From Candidatus Poribacteria bacterium (lineage in GTDB: Bacteria > Poribacteria > WGA-4E > WGA-3G), in assembly GCA_965205025.1 (NCBI GenBank), contig CBDBFU010000020.1, positions 288,001 through 352,000 of the forward strand: a stretch of DNA of 64,000 nt. The letters are read 5' to 3'. Below are positions 11,042 to 21,307 of this stretch, in pieces. Below the pieces are notes generated by a model. That model was not told where the DNA came from. It saw nothing but the letters and a program-made list of their open reading frames with translations, and searched no databases. The position numbers and the translations under genes were made by a program. Positions within the stretch are counted from its first letter, which is position 1, and every line of letters begins with the position of its first letter.

Positions 11042-12403
11042 ATGAATATTGTCTTTTTATTCTCAGATGAACATGCTGGACAAGCAATGGGACATAGGGG
11101 ACACCCAATAGTCCAAACTCCTAATTTTGACCGACTGGCAGAACAGAGTTATACATTCGATAATGCATATTGTAATTATCCAATATGTACACCATCCAGA
11201 TTGTCTATGTTAACTGGGAAGTATGCACATCAGATAGATGCATGGGATCTCGGTGTTATTCCTAACCGGGAACACAAGACTTGGGGAAATTATCTATCAA
11301 AGGTGGGTTATGAGACAATATTATGCGGACGAACACATTTCAATGGAAGTGATAGACTGAATGGGTTTTCTTCACGATTGTTAGATGATCTACCACGATG
11401 GTATAGTAGAAATGGTCGTCCACCGAATCGTAGTGCCGATGCTCGTAGGGGTTCAAACTCTCATGTTGCTGAATGCGGTCCGGGAGATCATGAACATACA
11501 AGATATGACAGAATAGTAACCGATTTAGCAGTAGATTTCTTACATAAGAAAGCTTTATCTTCTGATGAAAAGCCGTTTTTACTCTATTGTGGATATATGC
11601 ATCCACACTTTCCATTGATTGCTCCTAACGAATTCTACTCAATGTATGATCCAAGTATTCTACCATTACCCGATACTTGGAATGAACCACTCGAAACACA
11701 ACATCCAATAATTCAACACCATCGATGGTCATGGCGTAATGACATCCCTCCGCCAGAAGAGACAGTCCGTTGTGCATTAGCATCGTACTATGCTCTTGTG
11801 TCATGCCTTGATGCACATATTGGAAGGGTCATAGATGCTATTGATTCTACCAGTCTGTGTGAAAATACTGTTATCATATACACAAGTGATCATGGTGAAA
11901 TGGCAGGACACCATGGTATGTGGCAAAAACAGTGTTTATATGAACCGTCAGTAAAAGTTCCAATGATAATACGACTTCCATCTGGTGAGACAGGATGTCT
12001 CAGTCAGAATGTGTCATTAGTTGATGTGTTACCCACTTTGTTAGAGATTGTAGGTTTGGAGAAACCACCTGATTTGCCTGGAGAGAGTTTGTTGAATATC
12101 GCTCGTAATCAATCGAACGAGACAACACGGACAGTTTTTTCTGAATACCATGCTATGGGAATGATGAATGCAGGTTTTATGTTGAAGGAGGGAGACTATA
12201 AACTGTGTTATTACGTAGGGAATGAACCACAGATGTTCAATGTAGAGATAGATCCTATGGAGAATAATGACTTAGCATCAAATCCTGAATATGTAAAGAT
12301 TCGTAGCAATTTAGTAGAAAGACTTTTTGAGATCGTTGATCCGGAATTAGTAGATAATCAAGCGAAAGAAAATCAGATGACACGTAGATTTGAACATCAA
12401 TAA
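11042..12403 (+). CDS. Sulfatase (choline-sulfatase-like)
   Basis: SDEH, CTPSR formylglycine motif, PHFP, TSDHG, 'K..LYE.SV.VP'. Confidence 0.92.
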   Translation: MNIVFLFSDEHAGQAMGHRGHPIVQTPNFDRLAEQSYTFDNAYCNYPICTPSRLSMLTGKYAHQIDAWDLGVIPNREHKTWGNYLSKVGYETILCGRTHFNGSDRLNGFSSRLLDDLPRWYSRNGRPPNRSADARRGSNSHVAECGPGDHEHTRYDRIVTDLAVDFLHKKALSSDEKPFLLYCGYMHPHFPLIAPNEFYSMYDPSILPLPDTWNEPLETQHPIIQHHRWSWRNDIPPPEETVRCALASYYALVSCLDAHIGRVIDAIDSTSLCENTVIIYTSDHGEMAGHHGMWQKQCLYEPSVKVPMIIRLPSGETGCLSQNVSLVDVLPTLLEIVGLEKPPDLPGESLLNIARNQSNETTRTVFSEYHAMGMMNAGFMLKEGDYKLCYYVGNEPQMFNVEIDPMENNDLASNPEYVKIRSNLVERLFEIVDPELVDNQAKENQMTRRFEHQ

Positions 12404-12509
12404 GATTGAACTAAGATTCATAGATAACAAAGATTATACAATTCTATGATTAATGTGTTTTAAATATTCTGATTAATTGTTTCAATATATTTCCGTATAC
12501 CGTAATTAG

Positions 12510-13571
12510 TTATACCTCACCATCGAAATAATCGAGTGTTTCATCCTTACGATATATTTTACGGAGAACATAAGGTAAGACTTTATTGGAATCTGGATAT
12601 TCACTCACATCATGAGGTATTGATGTACCCAGTATGAATAAGATGACAGGATTATCCCCTTCGTTGACGAATTTGTGTGCTCCTACTTCACCCGGTGGAA
12701 AAGCAATAAAATCCCCTTCACGAACTTCCATATCTCCTCTTGGTGTTTTGAGGGTGCATGTGCCTTCCATCACATAGCACATCTCCTCCCCGAAATGGTG
12801 TAGGTGCATTGGAAATGTAGCTTTACCGGGATGTAATTTGTAGACACAGTATCCTATATTTTTAGCACCGATAAAGGCATCAATATCTTTAAACTCAAAA
12901 CCAAAGGGATGTGGTGCATCTCTATGTACCCAGTCTAAATCTTCTATATTGATACGATTAATATATATGTCCTGTCGTGCTTGTAGACAATCAACCAATT
13001 CCTGTTCTCCATCTTTGAAAATGGAGTGTCCATCTCCTACGAGAACAGTATTGAACCGGAGTGCTAATACCTTGCGTAATTGGAGTGCTGCTTTTGAGGG
13101 ATCTTCCAATTTATCATCTGCAAGTAATGATAATCGTCCCATGGGTTCACCAGACACAATATCCCCAAAAAGTATTGCATTTTTATTTGAGAAGTAGAGT
13201 GCGATTTCACCTGGACTCTTTCCATATTGAAGATGGATTGCTCTTAATCCTGGAGCGATATTCTCTCCATCTTTAATTGTTCGTGTTGGTTTTATATTGA
13301 GCAGATTAGCATCTGCTTCATGGACTATTATCTCTGCCCCAGTCCATTTTTGGAATGCTTCCGCTTCTCGTTCATGGTCGCGATTTGTAATAACAATCCA
13401 TTTTACTCCACCCAGTTCTTCAAGTTGTTTTTGGTCTGTATCTGTCATTTCTACAGGATCAATTACGATATTTCCTTCATCTCTAACCCAAAGGTATCCG
13501 TTGAAATCAATCTGACGGATATCGCTAAAAACAGACCAAGTGTATATGTCTTCATGAATCAATCTTTTCAT
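12510..13571 (-). CDS. MBL-fold domain fused to C-terminal cupin
   Basis: 'VIDP', 'ITNRDHERE', 'LFGD', 'LVGDG' MBL-like; 'H.HH.GEE..YV.EG...FPPG...AH.F.N' cupin. Confidence 0.8.
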   Translation of the reverse strand: MKRLIHEDIYTWSVFSDIRQIDFNGYLWVRDEGNIVIDPVEMTDTDQKQLEELGGVKWIVITNRDHEREAEAFQKWTGAEIIVHEADANLLNIKPTRTIKDGENIAPGLRAIHLQYGKSPGEIALYFSNKNAILFGDIVSGEPMGRLSLLADDKLEDPSKAALQLRKVLALRFNTVLVGDGHSIFKDGEQELVDCLQARQDIYINRINIEDLDWVHRDAPHPFGFEFKDIDAFIGAKNIGYCVYKLHPGKATFPMHLHHFGEEMCYVMEGTCTLKTPRGDMEVREGDFIAFPPGEVGAHKFVNEGDNPVILFILGTSIPHDVSEYPDSNKVLPYVLRKIYRKDETLDYFDGEV

Positions 13572-14089
13572 TATTTTTCCTTAGATTTTAAGCCGTATAG
13601 TTCTAATTCGTGTATATAAGGTTTTCCTAATGCTCTTCTTGGTAGGATTCCACCATATCGTGGTGAATATTGGGGTGCTTTGCGTTTATCATCTTGTGTT
13701 CCAGTGACAAAGATCCGTAGTGACTGAACCACTTTACCTAAACGCATCTCAATATCAGGTCCAATATTATTCTTTATTTCTAATAGTGCTTGCCAGCGTT
13801 TATTTCCCTTTAGTTGATGATATACAACTGCATTCGAGATATTAGTGCCACGAATTCTGATCTTATGTATTGTTCTTTGGGTTGGTAATGTAATATCTAT
13901 CCGCCTACCAGATGCGTAACCCACTGATTTTAGGTCTCCATCAATCATTTCAAGCGAAGAACAGATCACACCTCTACCTAAAGATAGGTTTTCCCATTCT
14001 TGTGGTTCAATGAGCATTTGGATAGCTTTTGATTGGCAGCCAAGTAATCCGATAGTAAAAAATAAAATTGAAACAAGTAAAAAGCGCAT
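13571..14089 (-). CDS. Putative lipoprotein (hypothetical)
   Basis: Signal peptide with lipobox LLGC; stop overlaps the next start. Confidence 0.7.
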   Translation of the reverse strand: MRFLLVSILFFTIGLLGCQSKAIQMLIEPQEWENLSLGRGVICSSLEMIDGDLKSVGYASGRRIDITLPTQRTIHKIRIRGTNISNAVVYHQLKGNKRWQALLEIKNNIGPDIEMRLGKVVQSLRIFVTGTQDDKRKAPQYSPRYGGILPRRALGKPYIHELELYGLKSKEK

Positions 14090-14224
14090 AATTTAAAATT
14101 CCAATTTCTGATTAAAATTAAACTTCAGAATGTGAATTTAGTGATCTTGTATATATTTTGAATATGGGTCTAATTGAAGTATAGCATATAACATATCAAA
14201 ATCATATTAGAATGTACCTATTTT

Positions 14225-14370
14225 TAACGTGATTTTGATAAGACACATTTTAACCCGAACTTTTAGTTAACACCAAAGTACACAAACTGGAAAGTTTGTG
14301 CTACAAAGACTATCTTCAGGACAAAATTCTGTTTATCGAACTGACATTTTTCATTATCAAACTGACGTTA
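14225..14370 (+). mobile_element. 146-bp MITE-like element, copy 1, with internal GTAG-type REP hairpin
   Basis: TIRs TAACGTGATTTTGATAA / TTATCAAACTGACGTTA; internal cacaaac-tggaaa-gtttgtg-ctac; near-identical copy at 18082..18227. Confidence 0.85.
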
Positions 14371-14411
14371 TTTTATACAAATGATTTTCTTTAGACACCT
14401 TATGTTTTTTG

Positions 14412-14440
14412 TTGACAATAGCATATAGGGTGAGTATACT
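14412..14440 (+). promoter_or_regulatory. Sigma70 promoter of tRNA-Leu
   Basis: TTGACA-17 bp-TATACT, 14 nt upstream of the tRNA. Confidence 0.85.
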
Positions 14441-14454
14441 AATGTATTCGTTAA

Positions 14455-14539
14455 GCCGGGATGCTGAAATTGGTAGACAGGCTAGATTCAGGGTCTAGTG
14501 TGCTTTATGCGCGTAAGGGTTCGAGTCCCTTTCCCGGCA
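14455..14539 (+). tRNA. tRNA-Leu (CAG)
   Basis: Acceptor GCCGGGA/TCCCGGC, anticodon arm ctaga-ttCAGgg-tctag, long variable arm, GGTTCGAGTCC. Confidence 0.96.
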
Positions 14540-14541
14540 TA

Positions 14542-15720
14542 TCATTCTCTTCTCAATGTTTCAGGAACTAACCATAGGAAGATGGATACTGCAAGATAAC
14601 CGATCCCACCCAATGCAAATCCTGAATAACCTAAACCGAATACATCCGCTATATTTCCGACAACCACAGGTCCAGCTGAACCCCCGAAATCTCCTGTTAA
14701 TCTCCATAATCCGAGAAACTCTCCTGTTCCATCTCTGGGTGCTAAATCCGCACCAAGTGTCATCATCGTACCTGATGCAATCCCATTGCCAAATCGCATC
14801 ATAACTGCAGCGAGAAGTAACCATAAGAATGAACTCGTAAAAGGCATCAATACCATACCAGTAGCAAAAATACAGATACCAGGTATTGTTGCAAATCTTC
14901 GTCCGAAACGATCCATGAGATAGCCAGCTAATGGGAACATAGACATGTCAACTGCGGAAGCAATCATTTCTATTTGACGTACTCCAGTAGCATTCAATCC
15001 GATAATATCTGCTGCATATAATGGAATGATAATGTGACATCCTCTTCGTAGAGTTTGAACGCAAACCTGTCCTACACCAGCAGTTGCCAATAAACTAAAA
15101 TGTTTTATAGAAACATTGAGAAGTTGTCTGAGATATGGTTCCTGTTTTTCCGATTTTGTCTTGAATTCATGCTTTGTTTCAGGTATTGAAAAATAACATA
15201 TCAATAGGGTAAGAACTGCTATTGCAGCATATATATAAAACGGAATACGAAGATTTGATCCGAGAAAAATAGCTGTGAATTTTCCTAAGAACGTTCCAAT
15301 GCGATTAACACCACCAAATAGTGCGATAGATCTTCCACGCTTCGATAATGGAATGACATCCGCCATATAGGCATGTCTGGATAACATCCATAAGGCATTC
15401 CCAATACCACCAATAAGTTGTGCACCGAAAAGATGAAATAGGTTTTGTGCTATTCCCATTGAGAGCGTTGAAATGCCAATCATTAGTAAACCCAGCAACA
15501 TAGATTGTCTTCTACCGATGCGTTCGACTAAAATACCAGCAGGTATATTGCCTATTACACTGATTGCAATGACAATCGTTGTGATTGTATATGTTAATTC
15601 AAATGATTTGATATAGATTGGTAAGGTAGGGGTGATGATACCTGCACCGGTTGAGAGAAGTAGAGCCGGGAGATAGATAGGAAGAATCAGTGATACCCGG
15701 CTGAAGTTCTTGGATGCCAA
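14542..15720 (-). CDS. MFS transporter
   Basis: Many TM helices; motif A 'G.L.ERIGRR' and 'GYLMDRFGRR'. Confidence 0.92.
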   Translation of the reverse strand: MASKNFSRVSLILPIYLPALLLSTGAGIITPTLPIYIKSFELTYTITTIVIAISVIGNIPAGILVERIGRRQSMLLGLLMIGISTLSMGIAQNLFHLFGAQLIGGIGNALWMLSRHAYMADVIPLSKRGRSIALFGGVNRIGTFLGKFTAIFLGSNLRIPFYIYAAIAVLTLLICYFSIPETKHEFKTKSEKQEPYLRQLLNVSIKHFSLLATAGVGQVCVQTLRRGCHIIIPLYAADIIGLNATGVRQIEMIASAVDMSMFPLAGYLMDRFGRRFATIPGICIFATGMVLMPFTSSFLWLLLAAVMMRFGNGIASGTMMTLGADLAPRDGTGEFLGLWRLTGDFGGSAGPVVVGNIADVFGLGYSGFALGGIGYLAVSIFLWLVPETLRRE

Positions 15721-15817
15721 ATTATGAAATCATCCTTTAGGATGGATAGGAATTATCTGTGAGAAACTGTGTTGTTAGTAATTTAATAGGATCTTATAGT
15801 GAATAATTTCTGGATAA

Positions 15818-17272
15818 CTATTCATTGTATTCAGAACGGTCTGTGTTTCCACCATATTTCAAAGTATATATCATAAGATTTGTCATGAATCGATATACAT
15901 CTGTAGACCGTCGTAATCGCAATGCTGTTCTGGATTCTATTTCTGCGGTCTCCATTGCACAAAGATAATCTTTTCTGTTGAATACTACACCGAGTCTATT
16001 GGTTGTTTTAAGGGTACCTTGAGAGTCCTTATATGTTAGGTTAGGTTGTTTTCTTCCACCCAGTGAGCGAGGGACATATATACCCCAATGGAATTTGAAT
16101 TTTGATGGTTGAGGTACATTTTCATTCTCCCAGAATCTGTCACCCCCTTCTGGTGGTTTTTTTAGATTATAGTAAATTCTATATATTTCGTGCTCAAATG
16201 GCAATTTCTCTAATGGATATTCTGGAAATATTAAACGTAATTCCTCTCTTATAAGATTTGCGAAACTTGCTTTAAACCCACAATCATCAAAAAATAGTGT
16301 ACCACCTCTATCAAGGACATATTTTCTGAGTGCAACGCGTTCTTCATCAGAGAACCCAGTAGTCATTTTCTGACCATCCCGCATCAGTTTACGGTTAATG
16401 GTCATATTTCGATCGTGTCCAGTCATTATAATCAGTGGTGCATCCAGAATGTTTTGATCTGTTAATGGTAATGCTCCACCAGCAAAGTTCATGTCGGCGC
16501 GTATAGTAGTGTTTTCCTGTAGCCATTTTATGAGAGACGGAATTGCTGTTGGATCCTGCCACCAATCACTTAGAGAATGCTTTAGTCTGATGATCCGTAT
16601 ATGAGCTTTAATATCTGAACCTGTCCCCTTAATGATACCTCCCAATTTCTGTCCTATTTCATCTTTCAGGGTAGGTAGTCTTCCAAAACCTTCACCTAAA
16701 TCAACATAACCTGAACCTGTACCAGTTCCTTTTGTAAAGTTTCCAAATCCAGAACCCTCATTTCCACGTATTGTTAGACCTGAAGCACCACCCCCTCCTT
16801 TACCACTTGCAGTTTTCATACCATCCTCCACACCATCGGTACCAGTAGACAATGAAGGTCCGTCAATTTTCGGTTGATTTAAGATTGATTGTGGTGAAGG
16901 GGCAAGTCGAGTAACATTTTCTATTAACGAGGGTGCATCGAGAGTTGTTTCTCCATCTACAGGCGTTCCAGGTTTTATGGCTATTGGATTTCGTGTTGAA
17001 CTTGAAATACCTTTAACACCAGATGTTAATACTTTCCGTTCTACCTTTATTTCAGGCTTGGGTCTGGGTTTAGGTATATCTTTTCTCGTTCTATTCTCTG
17101 GTAGTGAATCTATAAGTTCTGCGTATATCTGATTTTCTGGTGGTTGAATGACTGGTTTTAAGAGGTGTATCGCAAAGATTATTAATGCAATTACATGTAA
17201 ACCAATAGAAATCAAAAACGCATAACTTCGATTACGCTTTTTTCTGTATGTTTTATATATTTCAGAATTCAT
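15818..17272 (-). CDS. DUF4159 domain protein with N-terminal TM and Pro/Gly-rich linker
   Basis: 'IS.GLH' anchor helix, Gly-rich linker, 'DWWQDP.A...L', 'P.IIMTGH', 'LRKY...GG.LF.DDC'; start set at MNSE (AAGG RBS). Confidence 0.75.
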   Translation of the reverse strand: MNSEIYKTYRKKRNRSYAFLISIGLHVIALIIFAIHLLKPVIQPPENQIYAELIDSLPENRTRKDIPKPRPKPEIKVERKVLTSGVKGISSSTRNPIAIKPGTPVDGETTLDAPSLIENVTRLAPSPQSILNQPKIDGPSLSTGTDGVEDGMKTASGKGGGGASGLTIRGNEGSGFGNFTKGTGTGSGYVDLGEGFGRLPTLKDEIGQKLGGIIKGTGSDIKAHIRIIRLKHSLSDWWQDPTAIPSLIKWLQENTTIRADMNFAGGALPLTDQNILDAPLIIMTGHDRNMTINRKLMRDGQKMTTGFSDEERVALRKYVLDRGGTLFFDDCGFKASFANLIREELRLIFPEYPLEKLPFEHEIYRIYYNLKKPPEGGDRFWENENVPQPSKFKFHWGIYVPRSLGGRKQPNLTYKDSQGTLKTTNRLGVVFNRKDYLCAMETAEIESRTALRLRRSTDVYRFMTNLMIYTLKYGGNTDRSEYNE

Positions 17273-17342
17273 ATCTATGCCTTGATGGATTATCAAATGT
17301 ATAGTGAATTATAACAATTTTGTGGTCATCGGTGCAATAAAA

Positions 17343-17485
17343 ACGTCAAATATCCCATGAAGATTAATTTTTAAATTCGGTATTTTTGGAGAAATATCCA
17401 GTGCGGTTAGGAAACCGCACCTACCGGGTTTGGGAAAAAAAGAATTACCGAACTATTTACTTAATCTTCATATGACATTTGACGT
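17343..17485. repeat. Nested inverted-repeat element around a GTAG-type REP hairpin
   Basis: Pairs acgtcaaat/atttgacgt, atgaagattaa/ttaatcttcat, ttcggta/taccgaa and core gtgcggtt-agga-aaccgcac-CTAC. Confidence 0.75.
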
Positions 17486-17513
17486 GAGATCCTATCTTGG
17501 TTGTATTTTCTGA

Positions 17514-18056
17514 TTAGAGAATTGAAAGAGCATCTTCATAACAACCATAGGTAGCATCATCAAACAGTATAAATTGAATAATAGTAGGTATGTTATTATT
17601 GCCTTCAGCTAATTCCAGAATTGTTTGCAGCGCTACCTTAGCTGCTTTTTCTGTGGGATATCCATATACTCCTGTACTTATTGATGGAAAAGCAATAGAG
17701 TCTATACCATTCTCAGAGGCTAAGAGTAGACTTTCTCTATAGCAACTTGATAATAGTTTCGGTTCATTCTTATTTCCACCATCCCACACAGGACCGGCAG
17801 TATGGATGATGTGATTTGCTGGAAGGTTACCACCGGTTGTGATAACTGCTGTCCCTGTTGGACATCCTCCTTGTGCTGCTCTAATCTTATCACATTCTTT
17901 TACGACTTCTTCACCACCAGCACGTCGTATTGCACCATCTACACCTCCACCTCCGATGAGTTCTTTGTTAGCAGCGTTTACGATTGCATCTACATTTGCT
18001 TTTGTAATATCTCCTTGAATAAGTTCTACTTGTATATCTACAAACTGTTTCTTCAT
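17514..18056 (-). CDS. ymdB: Macro domain protein (O-acetyl-ADP-ribose deacetylase, YmdB-like)
   Basis: GDIT..DAIVNAAN..L.GGGGVDGAI..AGG, IHT.GP, IAFPSISTGVYGYP; start may be 18056 or 18068. Confidence 0.92.
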   Translation of the reverse strand: MKKQFVDIQVELIQGDITKANVDAIVNAANKELIGGGGVDGAIRRAGGEEVVKECDKIRAAQGGCPTGTAVITTGGNLPANHIIHTAGPVWDGGNKNEPKLLSSCYRESLLLASENGIDSIAFPSISTGVYGYPTEKAAKVALQTILELAEGNNNIPTIIQFILFDDATYGCYEDALSIL

Positions 18057-18081
18057 TCTTTTCTCCATTCTGTATGTAATT

Positions 18082-18227
18082 TAACGTGAGTTTGATAAGA
18101 CACATTGTACCCCGAACTTTTAGTTAACACCAGAGTGCACAAACTGGAATGTTTGTGCTACAAAGACTATCTTCAGGACAAAATTCTGTTTATCGAACTG
18201 ATATTTTTCATTATCAAACTGGCGTTA
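18082..18227 (+). mobile_element. 146-bp MITE-like element, copy 2
   Basis: Same length and nearly the same sequence as 14225..14370; TIRs TAACGTGAGTTTGATAA / TTATCAAACTGGCGTTA. Confidence 0.85.
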
Positions 18228-18229
18228 AT

Positions 18230-19108
18230 TTAGTTTTTATTTTCAAGTACACCTATACGTTGCAAATCATCTAAGATAACTGATTCAATTCCCATCTCAG
18301 TGGATAAATTTATGTAATTTATTCCTTTCTGTTTACAGAAACTTTGTAGTGTACTACGAAAAGTATTCATCTCTCCACGGAAGTGTTGTAGTGTTTCATC
18401 ATTGATGGTAATCTCTTTTGTTTCACCTGTTTCAGAATCCTCCAATTGCCATTCACCTTGTGGAAGAAGTTCTATCTCCTCTGAACTTTGGATGTGTATC
18501 AATGAAACCGTGTAACTTCGTCCTAATAGAGAATTAATACCTTCTCTGTATCCATTAGAATCTAAAAAATCACTCAGTATTACGACTACACCTACTTTTG
18601 GTTGATAAACAGATAGATGAGTAAAACATTCAGTAAGATGTGTTGTCCCTTCTGGTTCAATTGGAAAAAGTGCTTTCTCAATTCGAGTATAGTGTGATTT
18701 TCCATAAGTGGATGGTAATACGGAAGATAGTCGATCTGATAATGTATAGAGAGAGATTCGATCTGTATTAGCTAATGTGATATAACCCAAAGCAGTAGCA
18801 ATCTGTTTTGCATATTCTAACTTTGAAGGTTCACCAAAGGACATGGATTGACTTGTATCAATGAGGATGGAAACAGATAATTCCTCGTCTGCTTGAAATA
18901 ACTTGATAAAAGGTTTTTCTAAGCGAGCATAGACATTCCAGTCGAGATACCGTAGGTCATCTCCAGGTTCATAACGTCTATAATCGGTAAATTCCAGACC
19001 TGTTCCCCGATTTTGACTTCGCCTTTCTCCCCTATATTTCCCGCGAAACGGTTTATGAGATTTAAATCGGAGTTGGTCAAGTTTATTAAGGAAATTGGAA
19101 CTTAGCAT
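18230..19108 (-). CDS. DUF58 (vWA-like, MoxR-associated) protein
   Basis: 'G.EF.DYR.Y.PGDDLR.LDWNVYAR', 'DTS.SM', 'ILSDFL'. Confidence 0.92.
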   Translation of the reverse strand: MLSSNFLNKLDQLRFKSHKPFRGKYRGERRSQNRGTGLEFTDYRRYEPGDDLRYLDWNVYARLEKPFIKLFQADEELSVSILIDTSQSMSFGEPSKLEYAKQIATALGYITLANTDRISLYTLSDRLSSVLPSTYGKSHYTRIEKALFPIEPEGTTHLTECFTHLSVYQPKVGVVVILSDFLDSNGYREGINSLLGRSYTVSLIHIQSSEEIELLPQGEWQLEDSETGETKEITINDETLQHFRGEMNTFRSTLQSFCKQKGINYINLSTEMGIESVILDDLQRIGVLENKN

Positions 19109-19116
19109 AAGATTGC

Positions 19117-21261
19117 CTACTTCAATATCAACATCTTACGGGTTGCAGTAAAATCTCCAGCTATGAGTGTGTAGAAATATACTCCACTGGCAACAGACTC
19201 ACCAAGTCTGTTTTTTCCATTCCAATGGGCTGCTCGGTCTGGTGAAATGTATTTTCCTGAAACTCTCATACCTAATTCCAGAGTCTGAAGAAGTGTACCT
19301 GATGAAGAATGTATAGTTATAGTAACATCAGCTGGTGAAGCCAATTGGTATGGAATCCAAGTTTCAGGATTGAATGGGTTAGGATAGTTAGGTAGGAGTG
19401 CCGTTTTCAAGATTACTTTTTCTGCTTTCTTAATTGAGTTAAGAATAATTAGTAGATTTTCCAGATTTGTAATACCCTCCCGATACTCATCTGATCCATC
19501 GTAACCTTCCCAAGCCATAGTAATCCATTCCTGAATCAATGTTGGGGAGAGTGCTTCCTGTGAATCTATATCCGCTTGTAAGTTAACCTGATTGGAAACA
19601 ATGATCAAGTCTCTAATATCAACCATTCGGTCCCCATTAAGATCCTCATTTGTAAGCCCCTCCTTGTAAAAATCAAATGATTGGACAACTTGCAACATAT
19701 CAAGAATACTGACTCTTCCGTCCCCATTTACATCTGCAGGATTTCTTTGTTTTTCACCATCACTTAGGTCTGGAAGAAGTGTATCATATTCAGTACCGGA
19801 TTCAAGGCCGAAGAAACCTGACCACCATCCTCTACCTTCGTATACCGCAACCAATAAGAAGTTTATCCCTTTGTTAAGAGTTAAAGGAAATGCATCTTGA
19901 TAATCTTCTGCATCTCTATCAACAGCTTTATTATGTATCAATTTACCGTTTAACCATATCTTCACTGCGTCCCCACTACCAACATACATGGTTGTTGATT
20001 GTTGAGCAGGGGAATTGATAATAATTGATCCATAAGCAACATGGTGATTAATATCATCAGTACCAAGTCCAATTTCGTTAGCGAGTTCATTGATGTTATT
20101 CCCACCTGATTTAGATAATCGACCTTCCTTCCATTCTTTTTTACCTACTTTTTCCGACTTAACGGCACCACGAGTAGCAACAATTTCTTCAGTTATAGTT
20201 CCAGCACTAACTTTAGAAAGATAATCGGTTCCCGATGAGGCAGCATCTGATCCAGATAAACCATCAGTAGGAACTATCACCCATAACCAAGGTCCACTGA
20301 TTTTTGGGGCATTGGGAGTAAATCCAGGATTATTAACCTGATTGATAAAGACTCCTCTTCTCTTAAGTGGATCTAAGGGTGCAAAATCCACAATTTCATT
20401 ATCTTCAAGAATTAAAAATGTTAGATTTGTCAAATTGACAAGCGGCTTTACGTCCGTTACTTCATTTTGTCTTAAATCCAAACGTCTAAGATTGATCAAA
20501 CTTGCTATAGGTTCTATATTGGATATATCATTATTTACAAGATATAACTCCTTTAAAGCAGTTAATCCCTGTATAGGAGATAGATCTGTTAATTCCCCAC
20601 CACAAATATCTATTCTCTCCAATTTAGGTAGTTCTGACAATGCCCCAAGGTTTCTTATTGGTGTACCCCATGAAGAGAATCTCGTAAGACTAATTAATCC
20701 GGATAAAGGTGTTAAATCTCCTAATGGATTTTCTGTGATTGCGACATGGGTTAACCGAATTAGATCCGAAAGAGGCGTTAAATCGGTTAATGCATTGTGT
20801 GAGAGATTTATATCTATAAGATTAAATAAACCTTTTAGTGGTGTAAGATCTGAAATTAGATTATCATCAAGTACAAGAATCTCTAAACTAATTAGGTCTT
20901 TAAGGGGTGTAAGGTCAGATATCCTGTTATTAGTCAACCTTAATCTACTTAGTTTTTTCAGATCGGTAATTGGAGTTAGATCAAAGATTGAATTGTTATG
21001 AAGATTTAGTTCAACGAGATTAGTTGCAAATTCCAATCCAACTATTTCTTCTATCTCTGCATTTCTAACATCAAGCAGAGATAATCTCAGCATTTCTTGA
21101 GCAGTAATTACCGTACCAGATGGCTTGGACAGATATTTTTCAATAGCTTCACGTAAGTTATCATCAGGAATATCAATTATTTGTGCAGATAAACCTGAAG
21201 AAATCAGTAAACAAAATACAAAAATTATGTATGAGAATATGATTTTTTTGTTCTGTAGCAT
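19117..21261 (-). CDS. Secreted internalin-like LRR protein with dockerin and T9SS/FlgD-like C-terminal domain
   Basis: Signal peptide, 'IPD.NLR.AI' cap, LRRs 'L.L..N.I.DLTPL', paired DVNGDG/DLNGDR dockerin loops, NYPNPFNPETWIPY...ATRKMLILK. Confidence 0.85.
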   Translation of the reverse strand: MLQNKKIIFSYIIFVFCLLISSGLSAQIIDIPDDNLREAIEKYLSKPSGTVITAQEMLRLSLLDVRNAEIEEIVGLEFATNLVELNLHNNSIFDLTPITDLKKLSRLRLTNNRISDLTPLKDLISLEILVLDDNLISDLTPLKGLFNLIDINLSHNALTDLTPLSDLIRLTHVAITENPLGDLTPLSGLISLTRFSSWGTPIRNLGALSELPKLERIDICGGELTDLSPIQGLTALKELYLVNNDISNIEPIASLINLRRLDLRQNEVTDVKPLVNLTNLTFLILEDNEIVDFAPLDPLKRRGVFINQVNNPGFTPNAPKISGPWLWVIVPTDGLSGSDAASSGTDYLSKVSAGTITEEIVATRGAVKSEKVGKKEWKEGRLSKSGGNNINELANEIGLGTDDINHHVAYGSIIINSPAQQSTTMYVGSGDAVKIWLNGKLIHNKAVDRDAEDYQDAFPLTLNKGINFLLVAVYEGRGWWSGFFGLESGTEYDTLLPDLSDGEKQRNPADVNGDGRVSILDMLQVVQSFDFYKEGLTNEDLNGDRMVDIRDLIIVSNQVNLQADIDSQEALSPTLIQEWITMAWEGYDGSDEYREGITNLENLLIILNSIKKAEKVILKTALLPNYPNPFNPETWIPYQLASPADVTITIHSSSGTLLQTLELGMRVSGKYISPDRAAHWNGKNRLGESVASGVYFYTLIAGDFTATRKMLILK

Positions 21262-21307
21262 GAATACTTCCTATTAAAGGTGTTGGGTAAACCAAAGTAT
21301 ATTAGTG

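Noticed and set aside
17514-18056. Macro domain as antitoxin of the ART-like gene
   Set aside because: Lies 38 kb away and is a typical housekeeping YmdB-like protein; no linkage evidence
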